From Oopsacas minuta (lineage: Eukaryota > Animalia > Porifera), in contig JAKMXF010000244.1 in the NCBI GenBank assembly GCA_024704765.1, forward strand, positions 1-32,573: a stretch of DNA of 32,573 bases, given 5' to 3'. The notes under the pieces are model-generated. The model was not told where the DNA came from and ran no database searches. It was given only the letters and a program-made list of their open reading frames with translations. Made by a program: the position numbers and the translations under genes. Shown one piece after another: positions 11,901 through 22,853 of the stretch (position 1 is its first letter; every line of letters begins with the position of its first letter).

Positions 11901-12400
11901 AGTACTGGGTTATCCCTATGCTCCCTGATCCACTTTTTAGAAATCGATTGTACTGTTTACTAATTCTCTAGTTAGGATAACGCAGACCAGTCTGTTGAGA
12001 GACCCTGCCATTTGGCCTCTTGCCCTCCCACAAACTATACTGCACAATCGTGATGTGGCATCGAACTCGTCGATCGGTGGATCTAGAGTGTTGCGAAAAT
12101 CTTGAACGTAGTGTTTATGGTCTCCTCCTATATTATGAATAACGCCATACCCTCTCGAACTCGTTTCTACAAACTTAGGATGGGATTTTTCTCATCACAG
12201 CTTTATCACCTGCATGAGCCGCCAAATCACTAGTAACCGCCGTAAATAGGGGATTCCAATCTTCTAGCCTTTCCTCAGGTTTCATCGCGGGAATCTTGAT
12301 ACTCATCGGGGTTGCCAGAGCTCAGTGTGGCAAAATGGCGATGATGGGGCAATAGATACTTACACTGAAGATATATGATAAATGTTGTCATATACAGCAA
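9000..12400 (-). mobile_element. Decayed Ty3/Gypsy LTR retrotransposon (gag-PR-RT-RNaseH-IN)
   Basis: Gag-like start MSIKIPAMKPEERLEDW at 12306; degenerate zinc knuckles ~11570-11640; protease IYAFLDTGA ~11425-11455; RT TFQRLMETAL and YIDD (10853-10864); RNase H remnant ~10270-10560; integrase CxxC, PWELVARDIA..YFLCIID, SDQAHNI, LGIEKLRS and LLPEVAFY..RLPID (9120-9733). PR-RT-RH-IN is the Gypsy order. No paired LTRs found. Confidence 0.92.
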
Positions 12401-13090
12401 ATCGACTCAGAAAATATCAACAATGGCACCATATTTTAGTTGTACTTCTGGAAATGGGACTATGACGCAATCAGTGGTATTTTGATATAATTAATAATTA
12501 TGATTCAAGATTGAATGAGTTCAAAATTTCTGAGTGTGGTATATCAGCCAGCCCTATTTATTGATAAATCAGTGATGTTTTCCCAATTTTAGAAGTGGGG
12601 GAACGTTCTATCAACCTTGGAGTAGAAAATGGTGTAATAATGAAATTCAGATGTTAAAATACAAATATTACGAGCCTTTGGCTCGTCCCTTCGCAGTGAA
12701 TTCGCCGAATTGCGCCTCGAGGTATTCAACGGGCAAACAACAATTGTGATTTAATAAATTGATGATTTTTACAATAATCGGACTCATCATACTCGATTAT
12801 CCCAATATGGCCTTTGAAAGTATGATTCTGGGACAGTATTGAAATTTTATTACTTTATTTACCTAAAGTAAACAAATTTTCACAATATGTTGTTACAATA
12901 TTATATTTGGATTCAGCATACACGATTACCCCATGATACTCATTAAAAGTATAATGATACCTCAATTTTGAAATTTGTTTACTTTATATTCATAAAAACA
13001 ACAATATATTTACATCTGATTAATCCAAAAGTTTGAAAATCGGATTTAGCATGTTCGATATATTTAGTGAAGTTTCATTGAATTCTATTT

Positions 13091-13424
13091 GAGGCTTGGA
13101 CCGGGTCACTATTTTCAATAAATTTCGGGTTTGAACCGGGTCACTGATTTTGACTTGACCCGGTTTATATCCTTATAGATAATTAAATAATATTGGTTGG
13201 TAAAATCATAAAGATTCAGTCAATGTTAGTTTCTACGTTTCATTTTCATGAATCATTAGTATTTTACTAAATTCCTACAAATCTCCCTGGATATTCAAAC
13301 TTAGTGAATTTTAATCATTATCAAATCGCATGAATATAGAAAATTAACGTTTTGAAAAACCGGGTCACCGGGTCACCGGGTTAGAGCTTACCGGGTCAGG
13401 AAATCATGACCCGGTCCAAGCCTG
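13091..13424. mobile_element. hAT-type MITE, 334 bp, with 8-bp target-site duplication
   Basis: TIR AGGCTTGGACCGGGTCA / TGACCCGGTCCAAGCCT. TSD TTCTATTT at 13083-13090 and 13425-13432. Multiple subterminal CCGGGTCA repeats. Confidence 0.92.
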
Positions 13425-13469
13425 TTCTATTTACAGCCTTGATAAACATGATAAATACATAGCTATGCG

Positions 13470-13550
13470 TCAATTTCAACTTTGCACACCGTAAATCCTT
13501 TCCTTGACAACGGACAGACAAATGATCATAGAGATTTAATAACATAGATT
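13470..13550 (+). mobile_element. Possible second Helitron/HINE-like 3' end
   Basis: CGGACAGACAAA...GAGATTTAATAACATAGAT, a similar layout to the 880-1040 segment. Confidence 0.25.
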
Positions 13551-13611
13551 ATTACTACTATACTAAAAGGAGGAATTACATTTTTCGCACACTACAATTT
13601 TTTTTCTGTGT

Positions 13612-13692
13612 TAGTGATATCTGGGGGAACGGTGTTCCTCCACGTTCCTCCAGGAAGGTGTTCCTCCACGTTCCTCCAGGAAAACATCACTG
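13612..13692. repeat. Mini hAT-like element with an internal 26-bp perfect tandem duplication
   Basis: TAGTGATATCTGGGGGAACG ... CGTTCCTCCAGGAAAACATCACTG form imperfect TIRs. GGTGTTCCTCCACGTTCCTCCAGGAA occurs twice at 13631-13682. No TSD seen. Confidence 0.55.
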
Positions 13693-14399
13693 TGATAAAC
13701 TAGAATAATTATGCGTATACTGATTTCATTACTGCATTGGATACTGCAACAATATGATACTAATGAATCCGAAAGACGGTATTATAAAATGTTGGAACGA
13801 AAATTAGAATTTTTCTAAAAATACATTCCTTCCAAATGAGTGTGCTCCATACACTTAATGTCAAGAAAAGTATAGGTAGGCGCCTTTGGGCGGGTCTAGA
13901 AATTATTGAAAACGAAATTTAGAAAGATATACTATGCAAAATTGTCCACAAGTCAACTTGCAATTGTTTGCATTGTAAGATCGAGTACCTAAAAGGTTGT
14001 TCAAAGAGCAGAATTATGGAATAGAATAGACTCTTAAAAATGCTTGAGAATGAAAAATAAAGATTAAATTTGTTCTGCAAATGATTTAAATCAATAAAAT
14101 AATCCTTACGAATTCTGATAAGTGACATTGAATTACAAAAATCCCGGAATGCTGAAATATCGCAAGGGTATTTGAAGAATAAATATTTGTGATTTTCAGG
14201 TTTCAAATTTCAAATTTTAGTCTAAGTTTGAGACTTTGTTAGACATGTAATAAGTTCATTAAGTAACTAATAATAGCATTTTTCTAGGTTTGAAATAGTG
14301 TAAAATCGAATGCACACATTAATTTTCGTAAATAGCGAAGTCAATTTTCACCTATTATACTGCATAGTTCCATACTGTGCATAGTGTAGCTGGCCTATT

Positions 14400-15036
14400 T
14401 ATATTTATGTCACGCATATTTTAATAATATAAGCAATAGGGTAGTAGAAATACAATTTGGTGAAGCTCAATTAGAGACTACCTGTAATCCTAATACTTGA
14501 ACATCTCTATCACAATTCTGGAATGCTAAATGGGTGTATAAGATACTTCATAATCGCTATACTAGGAGCTATACTACAGGTATGCATTAGTAGCAGAATA
14601 GTTCATACAGAAGAAATATCTCTTGTTTTCCGTAGAGTCTATCAATTAGTTCTTAGCGAAATTCTTTGGGCCAATATATCTCCCACATTATACAGACGTT
14701 TATCGCATGCACCGGACATCATCTCTACTTATAACAATTGACATGGACTAGGGGTTTATCTGCAGGAGGAGTAGATGCTTCTAACAAATTTATTCGCAGG
14801 TACAGAGATCATCTTGCTCGAAAGTTTTCAATTGAAAAAATTTAAAGGACACATTTATTCGCATGATATCTCACAGTGATCCCATACTGTTAAAGAATCG
14901 TTTTCTAATCGACAGCGACTTCAAGATATTTAGCAACTAAATAATCAAAGATATTCTTGTTCACAACATTATTCATGGCGATGATGATGACGATCACAAT
15001 GATATATCCTTTTCTCATCGAATTACAGACGATTAG
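14400..15036 (+). pseudogene. RAG1-core/Transib-like transposase remnant, C-terminal part
   Basis: VHTEEISLVFRRVYQLVLSEILWANISPTLYRRLSHAPDIISTYNN*HGLG, then after a frameshift GLSAGGVDASNKFIRRYRDHLARKFSIEK, then after a second frameshift LKDTFIRMISHSDPILL; acidic tail IIHGDDDDDHND ends at TAG 15034-15036. Compare RAG1 [39 protein letters not shown] and the Transib-type SDP motif. Confidence 0.82.
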
Positions 15037-15993
15037 GAAAATTACCCATGATAAACATTGCATGCTAAAGAATATGTTATACATATACTTAATCTCTTAC
15101 TGTCTCAATGTAGTAATTTGATAAGTCTACTTTGTTGATTTAGATCTTAAGACGGTCTCTGCTGGCTCTTATTCCTGTGGCAAGTGTTGCCGATGAGTGA
15201 GGTGTTTATTTCTCTATTTTGTTTCTTTGTCTTTTCATACTATTCAATTATATTGATCATGGGTTCTGCTTAATTGTATTATATATTTTGAATTCTCCTC
15301 TTAAGTTGCCAGTTGGTAGCAAGTAAACTGTTTGCAAAACCCTCCATGCATTGTGTTAACATACTCGGCTCGTATAGTCCATAATTTTGAATCAAAGTAA
15401 TCTTTCTCATTATATAAATTCTGATAGTTTCGTTCTTGTTGAAATTTTGTCAAACCACTCAATGATTTTACCAGACATCTTTGATTGGTTGGTAACTTTG
15501 CACACTGTAAGTGTGCTAAAAGTTTATAGTATCCTGGAAGACAAAACACATTCCATTAAATTGTGATAAAAAATCAATTTTGAATTCCCAGATTATCTTA
15601 AAAACTTCAAAATTTTACATTTTTGAAAATAGGCCCTTCCAACAAAGTTTTAATATTATCGTTTAAAACTATTCATCGACCTATTAAAGTTGGTGATTGG
15701 GTGGAATACACATCATATTGCATGATGAACTCATTTCACCCTGAAGTGGCATATTCTCATTAAATATCTTTGATTGAGCTGTATATTGGTTCAGTATTAC
15801 GAAATTTAGCATGACGCCACAAAGACTGTCAAGGGATCGTTCTCAGGGCCATTTTACCTCTACGTATAACTATTCAGTGTTGTTTTCTATGTATTTTTGT
15901 TGAATCAGAAGTTGTATATGGGAAGTGCATTACACATAGTGGCATCATTCGTAAATTTCTCCTATTACCTGCTATATGTATAACTATTGAATT

Positions 15994-16690
15994 GGAGTTG
16001 TACATTGGGAGCCTTTTGACCCAATATGGAATTCTATTTACTGAGGCAATCAGTCCATTGGAATTTTTGGGCCTAGGACAACGATATACTGTAATATATG
16101 CTTATGATGAATCTTAATATTCTTGTCCTATCAAAATGATAACTTTCTGGCCAACTAATTGCATCAGTTGTATTATACCAACACACAATCCATTCTTAAT
16201 GACGTCACCAGATTGCTTTTGGGACAATTATAATTCAAAAATGCTCCATTTAGAAGCAGCCTAAAGAGCTTAGTGTATGAAATTTGGGTATATACTACAT
16301 GTGTGTACGATGATTTAGGCCTAACGTTGAAAGTTATCCAGTTAATATGAATTTTGATATTATGTATGATAACATAGTGAGTCTTTGCAAACTGATATAC
16401 AATAATAGGCTTCTTACAGAGCTTCCAAATGGGGGCATTATGTGAAAAGTATTTTCCAATAATCTGGTGACGTCACTTAGATATGGATTATGTAGATAGA
16501 TTAATACCACAAAAACATTTAGCCTGCCCAGTGTTCAATTTTGATGCGCTAGGACAACTAAGATTGTTTATGTACATTCATTTTAATACAACGTTGTACC
16601 AGGTCAAATTTTTAATGGACTCATTGGCTTAGTAGATAGAATTCCATAGATAGGCTAACTGTGTCAAAGGACTCCGCATGTACAACTTCC
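15994..16690. repeat. ~700-bp degenerate foldback palindrome
   Basis: GGAATTCTATTTACTGAGGCAATCAGTCCATT pairs with AATGGACTCATTGGCTTAGTAGATAGAATTCC. TGACGTCACCAGATT pairs with AATCTGGTGACGTCA. Outer GAGTTGTACA pairs with TGTACAACTT. Confidence 0.75.
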
Positions 16691-17989
16691 CCTACAATTT
16701 TGTTTTGCAGGTCGAACTTCAGCTGTTTCCGAGATTTAGCAATATGAAAGGTGTGATCACCGCAATTTCCTTTGAATTTGGGGAATTTCAATTGGCAAAT
16801 TCGGTCTTTGCTGAGAAAATCTCCAAATTTAGTCTTTCCGTTCCACGAATGACCCAGCTGCTATGCATATTTGACAAATCAGATGTTATAGTCATCCTCA
16901 AGGTAGAGATTAACCTATCAAGCCTTCCCATTTTTATTGATTGAAAATTGTACATTTGGGACAATTTTCTTGGAATTTGGGGGGTTTCCTTTTGGAAACT
17001 TCCTTAAGGAACTTGTATCAAGTTCAACCTAGCATTGTTATTAGAAAATTATGCTAATCCGTCTGAATATTAAACTAGTTTGCTCTATGATATGTAATCC
17101 ATTTAATGAGCAACTTTCAAGTCTATTAAAACATTTATATCAAAGATAGTAAGCTATATTAGAAAGGACTAATTTCAATGAATGTCCTATTTTGGGATGT
17201 TTTTAAGTAATCGGAAATATAAAAGGATATCCTATAGAACTATCAGAGGATAGTTTCAAAACAATGGAAGATAGTTGGTGAATCATTCGATGAATCGACA
17301 AATAATTATCCTATACTTTCTTAGCTATGGATACACACTATATTGCATTTTCCTATTTATCTTCAATCATTGTGCCAAGATTCATTATTTTGAATATTCT
17401 TTAATCTATATACTTATATTTCAATTACACATGTGAGCAGCAAATTCGCTGGTTGAACAAATTGAATTTCATTAATTGTTATCTAGAATCCTGATTCCAA
17501 TATACTATTCTCAGTTTCTCAACCCCAGGCCGGGTTTTAGGAAATCCTCATTTCAATAATTCATTTTTTTCCAAATTTCGTGTTGAATTTTTATTATAGC
17601 TCAAGGGGTTTTGAGATTTATCCGGTATATATGTTGTTCGATTCGAATACTTTCTTCAATCAATCCTTAAGTGCTTCATTAATGACACATAGGGTTATGC
17701 AATTAGTGTAGTTGTATTTAAAATTATAGGATTTCAAAGTTGTTCGCTACGTGGCTAAATAGGGCTACATCAACTTTGGACACATCCATTTCACGCGAAT
17801 CGTTACATGTTTCGAAATGCCTGAAATAATTCGTGTGTAATTTCCAGGAAAGTTTATTGAGTTGAAAGATATGTGATGTAATCTCAACATTACATTATCA
17901 TAAACCACAATCTTCGTATTTTGTTAGGAAATATGTGGAATACGAGTTTAGAAGCTGTAGGATAGGATAGGAGCAACACGGATGGATAA

Positions 17990-18070
17990 GCCCTTAGGGT
18001 TAAGACTAAACTTAGAGACCACAAATATATTAGACATTTAATGTATATAGATGACATCATGAATATTACA
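17990..18070 (+). pseudogene. Short reverse-transcriptase remnant, probably from a non-LTR retrotransposon
   Basis: DHKYIRHLMYIDDIM (YIDD at 18044-18055) resembles the non-LTR HLLYMDD motif. No other RT motifs recognised nearby. Confidence 0.35.
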
Positions 18071-19455
18071 GGCGATATATCTCATAATTCCTAAATATTC
18101 GGTGCGTGTATATGATAAAGCAAATTTAAACATTCTAAGGGGCTAGAAAAGGTCTTGCAAGTGTCCACTAGTATTTGCAGCTTCATTACTCATATACCCA
18201 CAAATTTCCCAATATACGAAGATTATAGTTTTGATGAAGTAATACTTGGATGACGTCATAACAATTCCACCATATCTCCAAATACCCCTCCTTTCATGTA
18301 GATTTCTTTCGAACTAAACACGAGATCCATTTAAGGCATTTTTCTTAACCAGCCCAATCCAATCTGAAAATTGTCTATTCACTACTTTCAAATTGTACTG
18401 ATATATACAAATTACCATATTAATCCGCATACTAGTCGTTGAGGTTATTCACACCTGCACATCGCATATTTTCTAATAGTTTTCCTCTTCAATGTAATTT
18501 TCTAGGCAATTTCTATACTGCATATATTGAAGGCAAACTTGAGCATTAAAATAATTCTTGCATTTTGTTGCTTCATTAGCAAATTATAGAGATTAAAGCT
18601 TGCAAACTAAATGATTTAACATTGTAATACTCACTACTCAATAGTATTGTTATGACCTGCAAGAGGCGTCAATAGCTTGTGATTTGTACTGCCAGGCATA
18701 CGAAAATTTTTGCAATATTCCCATAAGGTAATATTGAATATTTTCACTAGCTTATTACTGGCTCTCCCAAACCTAAATTATCACTGGCTCTCGTATGCAT
18801 TGCTATCGGGCCAAACTGACCTAGGGCCCTGTGATAAATACTTAGATTCCATTACGATAATAAACGACACATATCTAAAACACTTGCATTCCAGTGCTGT
18901 TTATCCCCTTCTAGAGATATATATTCAGTATATAAGTTCAGAGGAATGGATATATATTTGTCAACATATACATCGTTAATGTGCTTCAGTAGCCTCTTAT
19001 GTTTGAAAACTGTCTTCGCCAGCTGCTTATTATGTTCCCTATACGGCATTGATTCACAATATAGAATTTGATGGAATCGAAAATGATTTTGTGGAAAAAA
19101 TGCACAAAAACCAGCACATTTACAAAAAGTATATTCCTGTGCCACTAAAACTTAATGGATTTCATTGAAATGTCGTAAGGCGAATCAATACGATATTGAT
19201 TACTTAAAAATAGTATACGACTTGGTTTTGACAAAAGAGGCAACTGATTCACATTACATATCTAATCTTCTTTTCTAAAATTTACTATTATGGCTGGACC
19301 TGGCTGGTGCCTTATCATTTCATCCGATATTTACTCACACTGTTTCCCTGTTGTTTAGTATTTAACATTGAAGGAATTTTCCGGAAATTACAACCTGATA
19401 ATGAGTTGTGAAATAATTTGCTATAATGTAATGGCCTTCAGGCACGTGGAATAAT

Positions 19456-20075
19456 ATGTGTAGTGCTATTAAGAGGATAGTAACATGTTCGGGTGTTTCT
19501 AGGGCAAGGAATGAAGATGCCATGAAAGGTCATATTTCATCCTTCCCAGTTTTTCATTTTGGAAGGATCCAAGATAATATTGACGAAATCATAGATTTAC
19601 TCTATTTCTGGGCTGAGGAATTACAAACAATTTACTCTCTGTCAAAAATTTTGGATTGTCTGCTTACGCAATTACACATTGGAAAACACTATGAGAATTA
19701 TGTGTTGAGCGAGACATAACAGATCTACAGCCAATAGGGGACTGGGACATATAGTGGAAATTAACCAAGCCGAATTTCGTTGTCGGAAATACCACAGAAG
19801 ACGAATGACATCTGGACAGTGGGTGTTCGGTTACATTGCCCAGGGCACTAAGGATGTGTTCTTGTCCCTTATGGATGATCGTTCCTCAGCATCACTTATC
19901 ACAATTATTCAGCAGTACATCCTACCAGAAACCAATATCCTTTCAGATAAATGGGCCTCATACATACAGAAACCACCTGGCAATTTATAAATCCTCACTG
20001 TTAATCAGTCTTAACTTTATGGATCCAACCGTAGCCACTAATGCGCAAACAATTTAGAGTACTGCGGGTCAATAA
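19456..20075 (+). mobile_element. Merlin/ISXO2 (IS1595-like) transposase remnant
   Basis: VEINQAEFRCRKYHRRRMTSGQWVFG..DRSSASLITIIQQYILPETNILSDKWASY and VNQSLNFMDP...QTI match ISXO2-like VEIDE..RKYHRGR..QWVFG..DRS..ILPG.I.SD.W..Y..VNHS..FVDP. Upstream LLYFWA segment. Confidence 0.85.
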
Positions 20076-20891
20076 GATAAATATTCTGTTCTTGTGTGCA
20101 GTAGTACTCTTTTCTCAAATCAATCTTTGGAATAGAAGATGATTAGTCTAAATATAATTCTTGTTATGCTAAAGATAATTGTTTCATATTAAATGTACAA
20201 TTATTGCATTGGATTAAACCATAGTACCTTACATTGAAGCAAATGGTGCAATTTTCCCAAAAACCAGATAGAATTGATATACACCGTCTACACTATTAAA
20301 ACGCAATTAATCTGTATATATACATACACTAACCGAGAATAATTAATTAAACACAACTAAATATACAATTACTTACCTTGTCTATTATATATAACTGTGT
20401 TAGTAAACTCTATCCTCACTAATTCTCTTAATATCCTTATGATTAGATATTTTTAGATACAATTTGATCATCATTAAATATCTTATTAAATAATCACATA
20501 TTCAATTACAAACTGCAGAATGCTCAAATGAGATAGGACAATTCTGATAGCATATTTGAATTCTACTGGTATATATTACCCCTGATATTTCGAACTGTTC
20601 AGAGTATAACCCATTGAATTATTAGCACTATAATATTTGTCCCTAGAATATTGCCACCAGAATTGACATAGTATCTGAAATTATTTGAGATTCAGTAAAC
20701 TGACTTGCAAATATTTGCATAGGTGGAAATACGTCGATTAATGCAACAATTTTCTTTGTACATTTGTTTTTTTAAATATTCGGCTGGTGCATGTATTAGG
20801 GTGCATCAGTTGCTACTTTTATTGGAAACAACACTTTGGCATTTGGAGTGGTTTGTATCTGGCTATAATACAGATTTATAGTATATATATA

Positions 20892-21805
20892 CAGTCAGGG
20901 GACAAAAGTATTCGACCACACAAATATAATGTCATAAATTGTATACTCTTTCCCGCTACTATATATTGTGTAGTCTATATTCGTAGCTGCTATCTAGTAA
21001 TTTGTATAGAATAACATGTTTTTCAAGAATTTCAAAAAAATATTTTAGATTGACACTTTTTGAAGGTGTTAATTATTAATAATTATTAGATAATTAATGA
21101 TAATCAAAATATGTGGTAATTCAAAACCTATTAAGAATCTATAATTTCTGACTTGATATTTGAATTCTACGTAGGCGAGTTACCCCAGGTTGAAATTTCC
21201 AATCGGATTGAACAATTTTTACCAAAGTTATAAAAGAATTTCAATTTGTCCCACTTGTGCCACTTTTTGAAAAAAGTGGCACAGGTGGCAGGAAAAAGCG
21301 CCACTACAAGGAAAGCAACTACGGCTAGGAGGAATAAGTCGAAGTAATATTTTCGAATGATATGACTATGCTAACCCTTGAATTCCAAAATAACCTCTTG
21401 GTAGCGGCCACTTGTGCCACCTTGGGCAAAAGGTGGCACAAATGGCACAAATTGAACTTCATCTATAACTCTGGTAAAAATTGTTCAATCCGATTGGAAA
21501 TTTCAATCTGGGGTAACTCGCCTACGTAGAATTCAAATATCAAGTCAGAAATTATAGATTCTTAATAGGTTTTGAATTACCACATATTTTGATTATCATT
21601 AATTATCTAATAATTATTAATAATTAACACCTTCAAAAGTGTCAATCTAAAATATTTTTTTGAAATTCTTGAAAAACATATGTTATTCTATACAAATTAC
21701 TAGATAGCAGCTACGAATATAGACTACACAATATATAGTAGCGGGAAAGAGTATACAATTTATGACAATATATTTGTGTGGTCGAATACTTTTGTCCCTT
21801 GGCTG
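20892..21805. mobile_element. Non-autonomous Tc1-like foldback element, 914 bp, with ~400-bp near-identical inverted arms, set in (TA)n
   Basis: Starts TA|CAGTCAGGGGACAAAAGTATTCGACCAC and ends GTGGTCGAATACTTTTGTCCCTTGGCTG|TA. Arms ~20892-21289 and ~21407-21805 are almost perfect reverse complements around a ~117-bp spacer. Confidence 0.93.
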
Positions 21806-22853
21806 TATATATATATATATATATTATTACTTCCTATATAAACGGTGAAAACAAATGGAACTAGATAATCGAATCTTATTAGTAGTCCAATTTGTTTTGC
21901 CATCTAAAATCGAATGCCAAAATATCTCTTAAACAGTGCAACTTAGGTAATCAAAATGAATTATTTGTAAATACAAAATTACCCAAACCTATAAGCACAC
22001 TTATCGGAAAACTTTCATGAAAAACCGGAGTATCCCATTGAAATCTGTACTTTGGAATAATCGAATTGCGCCCCCCAAACTCTTGTGGAAATCCGATGAA
22101 ATTTTATATTATGAATATTAGGATATAAGTAACAATGTTTCTAACATAAGGGGCAACTAATGCGTCTAATACTTTATTGTGAAGAATACATATAATTGAA
22201 TATACATATAATCTATAAAATAAACTAAAATTTAAGTTCCTGAGAAATTCCCGAATGCTATCTTATAGTTCTGATTCCACCTTAACGGTTAGTTTCAGTT
22301 GCAGAATTAACACATATAATTCCCCTTAAACAAAATTAGCTATCTTCATTGGATTCCTTACAATTTTCTTACTATGAATATTGTGAAATGTAGAATTGTC
22401 GAACACAAAATTATCACTGTTATCACATTTGAAATAAGAGAGTGGTTTGTATATTTTAGACAAATCACTGTCAAATCCCGAAAATTCAATATTTGTGACG
22501 TCATAACTTAGAAAGCACATGTGGAAATGATGTGAAATTTGACCATACATGGTGACTGCTCAGTAGCTATCCCCATACTGAAATTTTAGACGAATCTGAG
22601 GATGTTGGTGAATTTGCAGGATTATCTGACATGAAATTCCCCCAGTATTAAGTATTCAACAAAAAATTCGATATTTTTATTATATACAGATTAAAAGGCA
22701 ATTATTTAAGTTTTATAGTTGAAAATACATCGTACCAAAATTCATAAGCCAGGCAGAACGTACAGTGTGTTCGGAAATTATTGGGACTGATTATAAATTT
22801 ATTATACTATGAATTCATGACTCGTAGAGATTTCTCGTTTTAACACTAAGTTA

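Noticed and set aside
12303-12400. Candidate PBS (TGGCAACCCCG on the minus strand) and short TG..CA LTR for the Gypsy element
   Set aside because: No second LTR copy, the PBS is not directly adjacent to a CA end, and I cannot assign the tRNA.
13688-13694. CACTGTG, the reverse complement of the RSS heptamer
   Set aside because: It lies between the two RAG1-like halves, overlaps the mini-hAT terminus, and has no nonamer at 12/23 spacing.
14872-14878. CACAGTG heptamer
   Set aside because: It lies inside the coding remnant (codons for S-H-S-D) and is expected by chance. No true terminal repeat of the RAG1-like element was found.
15100-15549. Minus-strand ORF convergent with the RAG1-like 3' end, considered as a RAG2-like partner
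   Set aside because: No kelch repeats or PHD-type Cys/His pattern are recognisable. The HGGFCKQFT segment looks more like an N-terminal fragment of another transposase. Left unassigned.
18710-19145. ORFs 18710-18979 and 18852-19145 as a further transposase fragment
   Set aside because: No diagnostic catalytic motif could be matched.
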